DNA of 64,000 nucleotides from Saccostrea echinata (Eukaryota): NCBI RefSeq assembly GCF_033153115.1, contig NW_026889774.1, positions 20,150,001 to 20,214,000 of the forward strand, read 5' to 3'. Shown piece by piece: positions 12,399 to 25,454 of this stretch (position 1 is its first letter; each line of letters starts with the position of its first letter). The notes under the pieces were generated by a model. It saw only the letters and a program-made list of their open reading frames with translations, ran no database searches and was not told where the DNA came from. The position numbers and the translations under genes were made by a program.

Positions 12399-13939
12399 TT
12401 GATTGCTTGTGAGCAGAAAGTGACTGCGTGAATTTCAATTCGAATACGTCAATCGATTTAATTTAAAGTGACCAATAAAAAGATTTTTAATATTTGAAAA
12501 AAATGGATTTTTTGATTTCGATCTCATTCCATGTTGCACATATTCACAAGTGTACCTTTCATCCGTGTGAGAGGAATTTGCCTTCGCTTGACTCTCATTT
12601 TTCATGTGACGGACACCTACTTCATCCCTTGGTTTACCCTCATTTTCCATGTGACAGAGACACTTTCCTTCAGTTCTCAGTGAAACCGGACACGTTAGTT
12701 ACAGTGTTATGCCACTTACAGTGCTCCCGGATATTCATTTCTATTTATTGAACTGCCAACGTCTCATTTAATCACTGCCATATTTTATTCTAAACGAGTG
12801 CAGCATTTATGCGTAAACGTTAATAAAACATTTTTAAAAAACTATTTCCCCATACGTTAATTTTTTGAAGTAGTGGAAGACTTGTCTTTCGTTTCTTACC
12901 CTTTGTGCTGAGAGTCATCCAATTTTCCGGCCAAATCTCAAAAATTGATTGAGCATGCGCAATTTCTAGTACTCTAAATTAATATAGCTTATTTGAAATA
13001 TAATGACATCGTATATAACAACTCTTGGCGATGTTATTTTTCAAGAATAATTTCTTGTTACATGTAGATGTACACAATGAACGACGTCCGAAAGGGTACC
13101 TTCTTTTTACCGTTCTCAAGGTGTCGAGTACATGGATGATGGATGATTTTCTTGTTATTCACAATTTTGTGAAAAAAAAAATCTTAAAAGCTGAAGATAA
13201 TAATAACAAAAAGTAATATATTTTCAATCAATATTGGAGTCTGAATAAAATAAAGAAAGAAAACTTGACATGCACAAACTAAACGAACACCTCTTTTAAA
13301 TAAAAATACATACAAAAATAAATTTAAAAAAATACGTTTTGAATTTTTTTTTTATTAAAAAGAATGCATTCCAAGTACGTTTTTAAATATTTTCAAACTA
13401 AATTATTTTATTATCTATATATCATGAACATTCCGTTTTAAATTACATTTACTTATAGCAAACAGCATGCCTTTGTCATCAAATGTTGTGCTTAAGAATG
13501 ACCCCATGCTTGCTCTGCACTCAATTTAGATTGTTTGAACTTTTGAGTACGATTTATGTTCGTTAGCTTTACATAATTTAATTTTATTAAATAAAATCCC
13601 CTTGACAGCGAATATAACATTCTACTTGCGTTGTTTTAAAATAAATTGTACTTGGGTATCTAAATGCAATAAAAATTACTTAACTACAGTCACTTTGAAT
13701 TCTGTGAAAGGGTGAATTTTTATACAAAGGTATGCTATTTGTTTTATTAACAGTTTATTTATCTAGAAAGTACAAATGCAATTTTTAAACAATAGCAGTC
13801 ATAATATTAATGCCACTCAGGCAACAATTTCATGCTATGAAAAAAAAAATCAGTTTATTGTGTTTTTGATGGCTCCCACTTCCACAATGAAATTCAGAAA
13901 ATTTTCAAAACACTCCATTATGCATGGTTATCGGTCATA

Positions 13940-14219
13940 CCCTAACAAAAATTTAATTTGGTTAGCTATACAGTGTACTGTAAAGTTAATTTTTGTTATT
14001 CTTTGATTTACTATGAAACTTTATTCTGGATATTTTTTTTTAAGATTTAGAGCCTTATTATTTCTCAAAATACATATCAATGATGAAATAATATGTGAAT
14101 ATAGTAGTAATATTTCCTTTTAATTTAAGAAGATTGCTTGTAGGGTTAAAAAAGTGAAAACTTTAATACTGTAGTTAACTATAGTAAACTATAATTTACT
14201 ATAATATTTTTTGTTAGGG
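13940..14219. mobile_element. MITE with CCCTAACAAAAA TIRs and TA flanks
   Basis: TA|CCCTAACAAAAA ... TTTTTGTTAGGG|TA; related copy at ~47774-48131. Confidence 0.7.
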
Positions 14220-14507
14220 TATGACGTCGTTGTCAAATCAACAGTTGTGATGTGTCAGTGGTTTTTTCGTGAAAGTGATGAAGTCAAATAAAATGAATTA
14301 TACATAAAAACAGTACATAACATATGACATATGATTTTTATCCAACTCATGCGTTTTTTATTCCCTTGTCAAGGCTCGAGGATTGAAAAAAAAGACCAGT
14401 CAACTCATTAGATAAAAATTATATCCAATCACAAATCATGGGAGATACTTTATATACAAAAAACTCAGGGTCCACGCAAAAAAACTTTTTTCACAGTAAG
14501 AGTTCTT

Positions 14508-17500
14508 CTAATTAAAGTTCGATAAAAAGATTGAAAAGAAGACAAGTTGTTGCAAAAGTGTTAGGAACATAAGCAACCGAAAGAAAAACTTGTCCATCAG
14601 TCTTGTGATGTCCGGCCATTTGATCTCCTTGTCTTCTCCTTTAGGCTCGTCACATGAAACACTGGAAGGATTATCAATAGTGTCCACCTCATTTTTGTCT
14701 TTGGATTTGCAACAAAGAGTAATTTCTCGAACTCCCGCCAATTTTCCGATCCATCCTTTATGTGTTTTAACCAGCCACTTTGGAACAGGTTCTTCTTCTG
14801 ATTTGTGAAAACAGATGAGTCCAACAGTGGAGAGAAAGACCACAATTCCTCCCGCCATCAATGTGATGTTCAGATACGTTGCTGTTTTAAGGAATATAAA
14901 GATCAGAGTAACACACTGGAATTGTATTTATTAAAAAAAAAACCCACCATCATCAGCTGGAATGTAGAGAGGCCGTAACAAGGAACGAGGTCTAATTATA
15001 TTTTAGGCAAAATCAATTTCTGTATATTTCTTCAATTATTTATCTAACCATCTTCATTACATGTGCTCGGACATGTATAATACACATCTCGATCTTATGT
15101 AATTAATATCAACCTACGTGGGAATTAAATATTTTTAAACGAAAGCTTCACAACGTAATTGACTCCACAAGGTTTTCAAAATGATTTCAAAATCGCATTC
15201 TGCAATCAAATAAACCTATGAAAAATGTTCTTGATGCAAGATAATTTTTAGTGAAAGTTACAATGCATATAAATCATGTCTCAAACATTCCTTCAACTTC
15301 TTTTATATTTTTAAAGTTTGTACAATGGTCGAGTTTTTTTTTCAATCTAACATATTACACAATGAAGAAAGGGNNNNNNNNNNNNNNNNNNNNNNNNNNN
15401 NNNNNNNNNNNNNNNNNNNNNNNNNNNNNNNNNNNNNNNNNNNNNNNNNNNNNNNNNNNNNNNNNNNNNNNNNNNNNNNNNNNNNNNNNNNNNNNNNNNN
15501 NNNNNNNNNNNNNNNNGAATGATAAAGAAGTTTCCCCCCTTTATTTCTATATTAACTTTGTCCCAAGCTTTGGCTTAATCTCCTGACCCAGAAGTATGAT
15601 TTTTACAAGTTTTGGATTGGGAAATGTTCTTACAAGTTGTTCATCATTTTAACCCACCGTCACGGTAGCTCAGTCGGTAGAGCGCTCGCTCCGTGTTCGG
15701 AAAGTCGTGTGGTGGACTTGCCTAAGTCGATAAAAATAAAATAGGTAGCAACTGTTCCTTCGCCAAGCGCTCGGCAATTTGAAGTAAAAGTTGCGGGTTC
15801 GCTCTAGAGCCGAGGAGTAAGGAGTTGATCTTTACGTCTAGAGTCGCGGAGTAAGGAGTTAATCCTTACGTCGCGGGTTCGAATCTCACTGTGGGACGTC
15901 GAGACCGGTCCTTCGGATGACACCGTAAAAACCGAGGTCCCGTGTCGTAGTAGGTGCTGGCACGAAAAAGATCCCTCAATGCTCAATGGCCCTGAGTGCT
16001 GAGTAGAGGTCAAAATTTGCAGCTCTCTACTGACAAGTGGTGGCGTCTCCATATGAGTGAAAAATTCTCCAGAGGGACGTTAAACAACTAAAAAAAACCG
16101 AGACCCTGTGTCAGGTATGCGTTGGCAAAATAAAGAACCCTCACTGCTCAATGGCAAAGAGTGCCAAGTAAAAGTCTAAATTAAGCCCTTCACCGTGGTG
16201 ACGTCTCTATATGAGTAAAATATTCTGGAACGTGACGTAAAACAACAAAATTAATCAATCAATCAAGTTAACCCTGTCTCACAGAAGACACATTTCTCAG
16301 TTTGGAGAGAGAGGTATCACAGCATCTTAATTATTATGCAAGTAATTTGCCTACTAAATGTCCATGATTTTTAAAAAGGTTTAATGCAATCCATCAAATG
16401 ATCTTCCTAGCTTACTTGGGCATTGCAAATTACTAAACACATGGATTTCACATTTTTTGACCACCTCAGTGGGATCATGAAATTCATATTATTTAACATC
16501 CCATTTGAGAATTTTTCATTTATCAAAAGACGTCACCGTATGCCGGTGAAGGGCTTCAAATTTAGACCTATACTCGGCACTCAAGGACATCGAGCAGTGA
16601 GGGTTCTTTATCGTGCTAATGCTTGCTGTGACACGGGACCTCGTTTTTCTTTTAAAAAAGGTCGGAAAGACCAGTGACTTTCACTTCTAATACCGGGCGC
16701 TTGACGAAAGAACATTCACCACCTCTGATTACGTTTAAGGTTTGACACGACGCACCGAACGAGAATCGAACCTGGGCCTCCCAATCACGAAGCGAACACT
16801 CTACCACTAGGTTACTGTGACCGGTTGGAGATACTCTTTACATATCGAAAATCAAAAGTTTAATCAAAAAAGTATCTAATTGCAAACAAAGGAAAACGAT
16901 AGAGAAGCCTGTCGGTTAGCATTTCTGTGCATGCTTTTGCTTAGTATATTCTGAAAGCTCCACCAATAATAACTAAAGTTTAAGTTCCCAAATATGCATA
17001 TACATCCTTACTTATATAGGCGATGTTGAGTGAGACAGTGGGTAGATGATCTGACACCATTGTTAGATAAACGGCGTAAGCGAGAAGAGTGGTAAGAGAA
17101 TATCCTAGTCGTTCTCCGCTTTCAGGTGGAACTTTGAACGCTGCTACGATCAAAAGTCCCAGCAAAATGGTAGGAAGAAAAATGTTCAGTATCTGAAAAG
17201 AGAAAAACCGTACATAAATTCGGCTTTTCTCTAATTAAGACTTGAGAAGCATAAACTATCAGCAGGATTGTCTTAAAAATAAACATTGCTGTTTTTAAAT
17301 GATTTTTTTTCTACTTTATCATTGGCGTATACTTACAAAACAAAGTAATGATTTGTAATATCTCATGAACTTTGTCTTTTGGTATTAGGGAATATATAAT
17401 TCTATTTTTTCATTATCATATTCAAATAGTAAACATGATATCTGCTCTGAAAAAAATATTGAATTGAGTATATGCATTTTCTAAAGAAGGTTATTCAACC

Positions 17501-20500
17501 TTGAGTCAGTTTACACACCATGTAAAGAGGGCGTCTCTGAAGTGTTAATTCTACTACGGACATCGGTAAAATATGTTTGCCTTTTTTAAGAAACCGCTTT
17601 TCAGTGCTATAACCTGTAAATAATTCAAAATGGTTCTCATATATAAAAATTTAACAGGTTAAACTATCAAAACAGATTTTATATGTGAAGAAATGTTAGT
17701 GTTTATTTGGACGTTTATTACTTAAATTTCCCATATTACATCTAACATACAAAAATTTGCTGATTTCAAAGTGAATTAAAGTCAACTTTATTTCGCATTT
17801 GAAGAAGAATAAACAAACATCCCGGATCATCAAACATATAGAAAACAATTTTTTGACTTTCAAAGGACATTATAAAATTTTCCTTTCATGATTAGATCAA
17901 AATAAAATAGCGTAAGTGTTTTTTTACCTTTAAAATCCCATTCACCATTTTCTTGATAAAATGAAAGATACACTGCCTGTGTATGGAAGTCCAAATTGAT
18001 GTCGGTACTAGTGTAACCCCAAACAGCTACGTCAAGAGAGCATTTTTGTGTATCAAACGGGTAGTACGTTGCATCCGTATTACAATTCAATACCATTAAG
18101 TCAATAGATGAATATTCACAAGAGCCGGTGTTTTCTATACGGATTGGTGTTTGACTATCTGGATCCATCATCATCTTGATTTCATCGACACTGTGATTAA
18201 TTTTGTAATTATCATTTAAGAGAAAGAAAGGGACATTATTAAGAACAAGAAATAATGCATCCTTTGTTTGGTTATTAAATAGGTTTGACAAAAGCAAAGG
18301 CGTTGTTATATTATTTTGAAATTTGGTAAAAATTAAAAAAATAAAATGATGATAGAACATACATGTCATTCTCTGCAGGTGTCACTTACCTGTTCAAAAG
18401 AACGAGGGGAGGATACCAGGTATACTTCCCTGTGCTGAATGTATAATTAAGACTGTTGTAAGTAGGGTTTGAGGACCAATCAAGTCTACTGTCGTCCCAT
18501 TCCTTTAACAACAAGGTAATGAAGTTAACACTTTTATAGAGGGCTTCTAAATGTTCATTGACAACAGAAGAATATTTTCTAAGATATACAGTAATGTATT
18601 AACAAATGTTTGCATGTCAAACCTTACTTAAATTTGAGTCTGAACACAGGGACCATGGATTTCACGATTTTGGTATAGAATTCCTTGCCTACTTTTATTA
18701 TGCTAACAATTTTATTGCTAAATGTCAAGAAGTAAAGAAAAAGATCTTTAAAGATTGTAGTAATTCAATGGCTTTGATCCACTTCTTTTGTCATAGGGAG
18801 GTAGATACCATGCAAATCACAATTTATTTCCTTTTCCTCAATAGACGTTTTACAAAAAAGTTGATTTTTTAAGCCATGCTTGAAAAGCTGAAAACTTACT
18901 TCTGTCGATCTAAAATAAGAGTTTTTACATTTAAAAAAAAGAAGATTTTTCGGTTAATAACAATTATAACAATGATGAACAGAAAAAAACCCATTGTCTT
19001 TTATCATAAAATAATGGCGCAACATTTTCCTGACATACACTGTACACATACACAACTCACAAGATTCCAAAAAATGTTTTCATGAAAAAGTGAAGATAGC
19101 GAATAGTGACCTGAAAATAAGAGTTTGTTGTCGTATCCTTCATCTTTGAATATAAACAGTATCAAAATGAACCTCCACAAGAAGGTTATTGTTTTATGTG
19201 ATGACGGATCGGTAGAGGATGAAAGACATTTCACATTTCATTACAATTTTTCGAAAACATACGAGAAATCTTTTTCATAATGTAAATTTAAATAGAAATG
19301 TAGATAAAGCTGACGATTTAAACATTTGAATGAAAAAAAAAAGATAGACAAACTGCAAAATTCCTAAGAGAAAAACACTTGTACAAATTTAATTAATTTC
19401 ATTTAATTTCTCTTTTGAAAATGTAAATACATTGAAAGGAAAAAGAAACGCATATGTTTGATTGCTTTACCTCAGGTGCGTCTAATCATGCTTAAAATAG
19501 TTTTGAATTGATATGGATTTTAAATAATGTCCAGAAAAAGATAGAAAATCAAATCAATCAACCATGACTCTGGCGTGCTCGATTGATTGATTGTTGATTG
19601 TATGTTGTTCGAGCATTTTACACTCATATAGAGACATCATCATATACCGGTGAAGGGCTTCAAATTTAGACCTTTACTCGGCACTTAGGGTCATTGAGCA
19701 GTGAATGTTCTTTATCGTGCCAACGCCTATCGTGACACGGGGCCTCGGTTTTTAAGGTCTCATCCGAAAGACCCGCAACGTTTACTTCAAAGTGCCGAGG
19801 CTTGGCAAAGGAACAATTGCTACCTATTTTTTATCGACTTAGGTCAGTCGCAGCCGTTTTTCAAACAAACGACCTTCCTATCACGGAACGAGCGCTCTAT
19901 CGACTTGGCGTGCTCGAGATGAGCAAAGGTAGTTTTCCTTTGAGTTTGGGTTGAAAGTTATGCAGCTGAAATTTTGGATACGTTAAACCATTTTTGCAAT
20001 CGGGTCAGGGAACTGGACCCCCCAAAAAGACATTTTTATCTGTAACCAGGGGTCATAATCAATTACGTCATGCATTTATATGCTCAAGATTTTTAGGAGT
20101 ACATGTAACAGTTAGGTTTCAAACAATTTTCAATTTTAATCTGGAGACTGTACTAAGGGAAATTGAATTTTTTTTCAGTGTTAATAGAGGATTATTGTCC
20201 AGTTTAATATTTATAACAGTTTACCTGCTTAAAAGTTAAAGACTTCAGAATAGGATTTTTAAAATTTCAATGCATGTCTTACATTAATCAACTTATGCAC
20301 ACTCTATGTCTGATTCTTAGACGAAGTGAACATGCACTTTATGTTAGAGGTCAGATTCAAACTCAAATGAAAATTGATGGGAAAAAAGCTGCATGACTAC
20401 CACAATTGAAAGCAAATGGTGATTAATCACTGAAGTTAATAAATAGGGAATTTGTGTTCCAAAAACCTCATGGTAAAGAGGTAATTTCACAGCCATAATA

Positions 20501-23034
20501 GTACAATTTATTCAACCTTGTGATATGAAAGATATAGATACAATAAATACATTAGACTTATCATCATAATCTAAATCTTCCTTCTTAACTGAATAATTAA
20601 AATAAGATCATGAATCAATTTAATACTTGCAATTATGAAAAATCCAACAATTGTCAAGATTCCATCTGCAATGTTCTGAAACAAACAAATAAAAAAGTTA
20701 TTATCGGTGGACAATTGCAATCTAGCATTGGAAACCCCCCCCCCCCCCCATTAATTTTAAGTTAAAAAAATATCTGTATCTGACTTTCGCATATCGGTTT
20801 CTCTTTGAAAGAGTATCAACACCAAAACGAATTCATATTTTTTTTTTGTATTAGAGAGTTCCTAAGCCACTTAATGATAATATTTATTGATACAACACGC
20901 ACTACGTTTTCTGATATGGAAATGGTTCTATTTGGAATCACAGAGAGCCCACCTTCCTTATGAGAAGGGTCTAGAATTATCTTCAGGGTACATTAAATTT
21001 TACAGAAGAATTCAAAGGAGCCCCAAGTTCTCATTTCTGTAGAATCGTCAACGATCGAAAACATACTTATCATCACGATTTAATAAAATTATGGCAATGC
21101 ATAATGTGACCTTCCAGAGACAGAGACAAAAATCTACACTACTGAATCCTTTTCTTGCATACCAGATCTCGAATAACTATCGGTGTGAAGCTTAAAGTAA
21201 CATTGACTGAATCTTCCGGTCTTGTTAAACTGTCGTAGGAGTTCGTCGTCCATAACAGCGTCCTTAGATTTTTCTCAAGAGTTCCCGAAGCATTCGTTGT
21301 CCCTGTCAAATATTTGAAAGTGTACGAATTTTTACTTTGTGCTTGTTGCATTGACATCAATATTGAATGAATGAACGATGGAAATAACGAACAGTTTTCA
21401 AGCTCTAAAGTCCATTCAAACATTTCAATTCAGGAGCAGAGCAAACACAGACCTCTAAATATCAGAGGTGGAATCAGGTGTTATGGAGGAGTGAGCATCC
21501 CCTGCTGTAATTAAGTCTAACACATAAATCAATTTTTCAAAGTTTTACCTCTAATATTTTTTATCCAAATAAATAACGGGAACAAACACAGTCTTTTTTC
21601 GTCTTGAATAGTCTCTTTAAAATTTTTGACAACAAAGAAAGTTCCAAATTACTTCGCATAGTCAATTATTTGACCTTTTTGCACTCAAAAAAAAATTGTC
21701 ATTTTTCTGGCATTTAAAATTTAACAAGCAATAAAATCATTTGAAAGTAATGACATTTTTCTGAATTTAAGCAGAATGGTTAAAATTATCTTGTATATTC
21801 AGAAAATAGAATTAAAATTGGGGGTCTGTGATGTTACTTTTTAGATATAACTAAAATAGTGTTCATTTTTAGCCTAAAATGGGCTATTTTTCCCCAGGAC
21901 TTACACAATATAGTTGCTATATTTGTCCAATATGATGATATAATTCATGACCTTAATTTAGTAAATTATTTAGGACAAGAATAAAAAATTTCACTGCACA
22001 AAATAACTCTTTATGCAGGATGCATGTAAAAAAAAAAAAATAGGAAAAATAGTTCCTCACGTAAAACTTTCGGTATGGAATTCAATCATGGGTTTTTAAT
22101 TGAATGTAGTTTAATTAGCATTGCAGAATCCAAATTTATCGGAAGAACCAAAACATTACGCAGAATTTTTTAAATAGAGGTCTAGACAAAAATCTGCTCA
22201 AAAGCTCAGGAACGAACCTCGTTAAGATCCTCATTACTAACTATATTTACGTCACCAGTCATCACGTGTCCAGCAGGACTATAGTTGTAGGGTGAAGAAG
22301 AACATGAACCCGTTGGATGATTATGTTTCAGATATTCAATATCTAGGCCCTATACTTTTCTTGTAATTAAAATGTTATGAAACAATAGTAGATGTATATT
22401 TGTAATAAAAATACAAGGAGTTGACTTCAATTTCAAATTTGGTGAAATAATTATAAGACTGGACCCTTTTGTAATCAAGTATATTACTTATATTAACCAC
22501 GTCAATTCCTTTGTCGGCATATTGAAATTTAAGGAAACAATTACGACGTTGCATTCTTTCGTGAATTTTTGTAGGTCTACATTTTTGTCAAATTTTCCCG
22601 TTTGCCCAATCATGACAATAAGCACATTGTGTGAGTGACCGGTCGACAGAGGATGCTCATTTCTCCATGGCACATGATCCCACCTCTTTTTAGAGGTCAG
22701 TTTTTGCCCTGCTTCCGATTTGTAGCTTATTTTATCTTATTTCATGTTTTTTTCTTCATTTTTTTGGCTTGGGATTTATTAGTACTTTTTACATTTTACA
22801 ATAAAACAGAATTATCATAATTTTTGATAGGAAAATATTGTTTGCCGAGTATTCTATTTTGCTTTATTGAAGTATACACAAAGTCATAAGGACTTAATGA
22901 CGGCAAACTATCTTTCATAAACTGAAAACCATTTTGTTTTGCGTTCCAACAATTGTTTAATTGTAGGTATGTCTAAGTGAGGGGGGGGGGGGAGAGAAAG
23001 AATAGAAAGGAGAATTTTACTGATTTACTGATAT

Positions 23035-23118
<84 letters not shown>

Positions 23119-24496
23119 TCAGACATCGTACAATTACAATTATATTTATAGAAATAGGTCACACATCTTGAATTATATAAAAATGTTACAGGTTACTCTT
23201 CAATATTCCAAAATTTAAGTAATTTACAAGAAAAATGTTGCATTCTAACTTTTTGTTTTCGTTTTAGCAATTTCAGTTTAATCTACTGAACTGTTTATTC
23301 TGAAAATAAAAAAGAAATATATCATTTATACAATTGCTGTTGAAACGTGTCGTATATTCAATTTATTTCGAACAAAGCACACAACTGATCGCAGACACTA
23401 ACTGTTAAAAGTCAGAGTAGCCTCCAGGCCATCTTTCTATCCTGTTTACTCTTAACAATAAACTGGATGAAGTCAATATGAAAATATATTAAATCTTAAA
23501 AAACTTACATTTAAACATGTTAACTTATTTTTGATAAATTGATTGAATAAAAGTAAGGCAATCAAACAATTTAATTTAAATTCACATTTATGAATGTCTT
23601 TGTTTTATTATCGATTGCAAACATTTTTACTTCTTTATACAATGGATAAAGCTCATATTGAACCACAAACCATGGGAGATCCTATATTTATCAGCCATCG
23701 TGAATCTCACTTAAAAGTTTGCGGAAAGTAATTTTGAATCTAGCTGTGATTTAATGCCGTTTACTTCATGTAGAATAGTTTTTGTAATTATGTGTCATTT
23801 CGTTGGTGTGTAAGAGAGAGAGAGATTTTCACTAAATAAAAAATTGTTCACTATGGACAAATAAAGTATACGCAGATCATATATTTTACCTTATCCAATT
23901 CAAACAATTACCAAATTTGAACTTTGTTAAATTGATGCATCCCAGCAATAGAACATATAATAGCGCAATACAATGATTAGTTCAAATTATTGACGTTTGC
24001 GCATTACCCAGTGCATAACGTGTCTTGAGACGAAGGGGTAGCTTTTAGTTAAAGTCTTTAGGGCATTTTATCGGTTTTAACAAGCATAAATAAATACATG
24101 TAAATATATGGAATTATTTGGTACATGTATCATAAATAGTTTTGATGTGTAAACTCCATACTACTTATTTTAGACGTCACATTTTTTTTCAGGAAGTGAG
24201 GTAAATTTATACTTGTTGCATTTCTCTCATTTGCTGTTTATTTCATGCATTTTGCTTGATTCAGTATACAATTGAAATATAATATTCAATACAATAAACA
24301 ATTGAATGTATGAATGTTCTCGAGATATTAAGATTTCTTCGCCTATGAAAAGAGTGAAGTAATACTTTTCATGTTTGAAGAAATCATCAGATTTCCCCTA
24401 CTATCATGGCATAAACATCTATTGTCATATGTCCTTACCTTGGAAACATAAAGATATAATCCATATATTCACGATTAAAATAGTTCGTGTGTCCAT
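14508..24496 (-). CDS. nAChR-like Cys-loop ligand-gated ion channel subunit (non-alpha, cation-type), copy 1, 422 aa
   Basis: Exons (minus): 24439-24496, 21163-21302, 20631-20675 (GC donor), 18390-18502, 17928-18190, 17519-17613, 17012-17192, 14508-14881; total 1269 nt, open frame. Signal peptide MDTRTILIVNIWIISLCFQG, Cys-loop CNTDATYYPFDTQKC, ENGEW, pre-M1 LQRRP, M1-M2 PPESGERLGYSLTTLLAYAVYL, M4 preceded by MDKFFF. Confidence 0.92.
15655..16262 (+). mobile_element. Nested SINEs: family-A SINE interrupted by a family-B SINE (~15800-16090)
   Basis: tRNA-like head CACGGTAGCTCAGTCGGTAGAGCG, then a second head with GGTTCGAATC. The central domain (AAAAACCGAG..CCCGTGTC) and the tail (GTCTC.ATATGAGT) each occur twice. 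Confidence 0.8.
16488..16825 (-). mobile_element. tRNA-derived SINE, inverted relative to the 15655-16262 copies
   Basis: Same body as 10410-10747; head CCGGTCACAGTAACCTAGTGGTAGAG...GGTTCGATTC on the minus strand. Confidence 0.8.
19583..19905 (-). mobile_element. Family-A SINE with 12-bp target-site duplication
   Basis: TGGCGTGCTCGA at 19571-19582 and 19906-19917 flanks a slightly 5'-truncated SINE. Confidence 0.85.
22228..22520 (-). mobile_element. Penelope-like RT fragment
   Basis: Minus frame reads SCSSSPYNYSPAGHVMTGDVNIVSNEDL; paralogous to 40030-40120. Confidence 0.55.
23038..23116. repeat. (TA)n microsatellite
   Basis: About 39 TA units. Confidence 0.95.
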
Positions 24497-24776
24497 TACT
24501 GATATCTAACATCAAGTAAACTTTGAAAAAGGTCAGGTTAATGTTACAAACCTTTTTATAAATACCGTTAAAGTACATCTCTTTATAAGGATTAGTAATG
24601 TTCTTTAGATTTCGAATGCACTTTTTGCAACCTGATAATATATGTATGCCAGGAAGTGAGCAACCATTTAAAAGAATCAATTTACTCGTGAATATCTACT
24701 ATCAAAACTCACTTGTATAGGTCAGTTTGGTAGAATAACATTGTCAGGTCATAATTAACTTTTCGGATTTAATTAA

Positions 24777-25449
24777 GGTAGTCCGATCCGCAGGTTCTTA
24801 AAATCAGGCTTTGAGTAATTGAAAATACTCACAAAAATGTCTCAAAGACATGTATATTTACCCATGGTAATTCTTGTAACTTCCTCAGTAAAATTGAGCA
24901 TATTATATTGGGAAAATTATCAAATCTCAAATAAATTTTCAGGTAATGCAAATAAAAACACATGCTATACATTTTCTAATTGAAAATTGATCAACAAATA
25001 TATTTTAGGATAGAAAACAATAGGTATCCGGGTATATGGAGTACATTTTGTGTTTTTCATACTTTTACAGTATTTTAGTTCTTCTATTTACTTAATTATT
25101 ATCTAATACTTTGAGTAAAAATCTTTTGCCATCATTACAAACATCACAAATAACTTCTAATTTTGTATCATGCAAATAAACATTGGTCTCTAATGCAAGA
25201 TTAAAGAGAAATTCTATTTTTCTAAAAAAAAAAAATGTATTTATTTTTTTACTTTTAAGGGATACAAATGTTTACTTTTACAAATCCATTTCTAAGACTT
25301 CAAAGAACATTAAATCACATTGAGATGCATGAAATGAAAATTGTTGCATGGAAAAGTTTTTTTTTTCCAATTGGAAGTTTTATTTTGAGACTTTTTAAAT
25401 TAAATAATAAAACTAAGAGTTATTCTTCCTGGTTGAGGAGTGGATATCC
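24777..25449. mobile_element. Possible Kolobok-like MITE
   Basis: TTAA|GGTAGTCC ... GGATATCC|TTAA with weak internal inverted symmetry. Confidence 0.4.
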
Positions 25450-25454
25450 TTAAA

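Noticed and set aside
22250-22305. ATG TTC TTC TTC (minus) as the signal-peptide exon of receptor copy 1
   Set aside because: It hits a stop after 8 codons and another frame is Penelope RT; the real exon 1 is 24439-24496.
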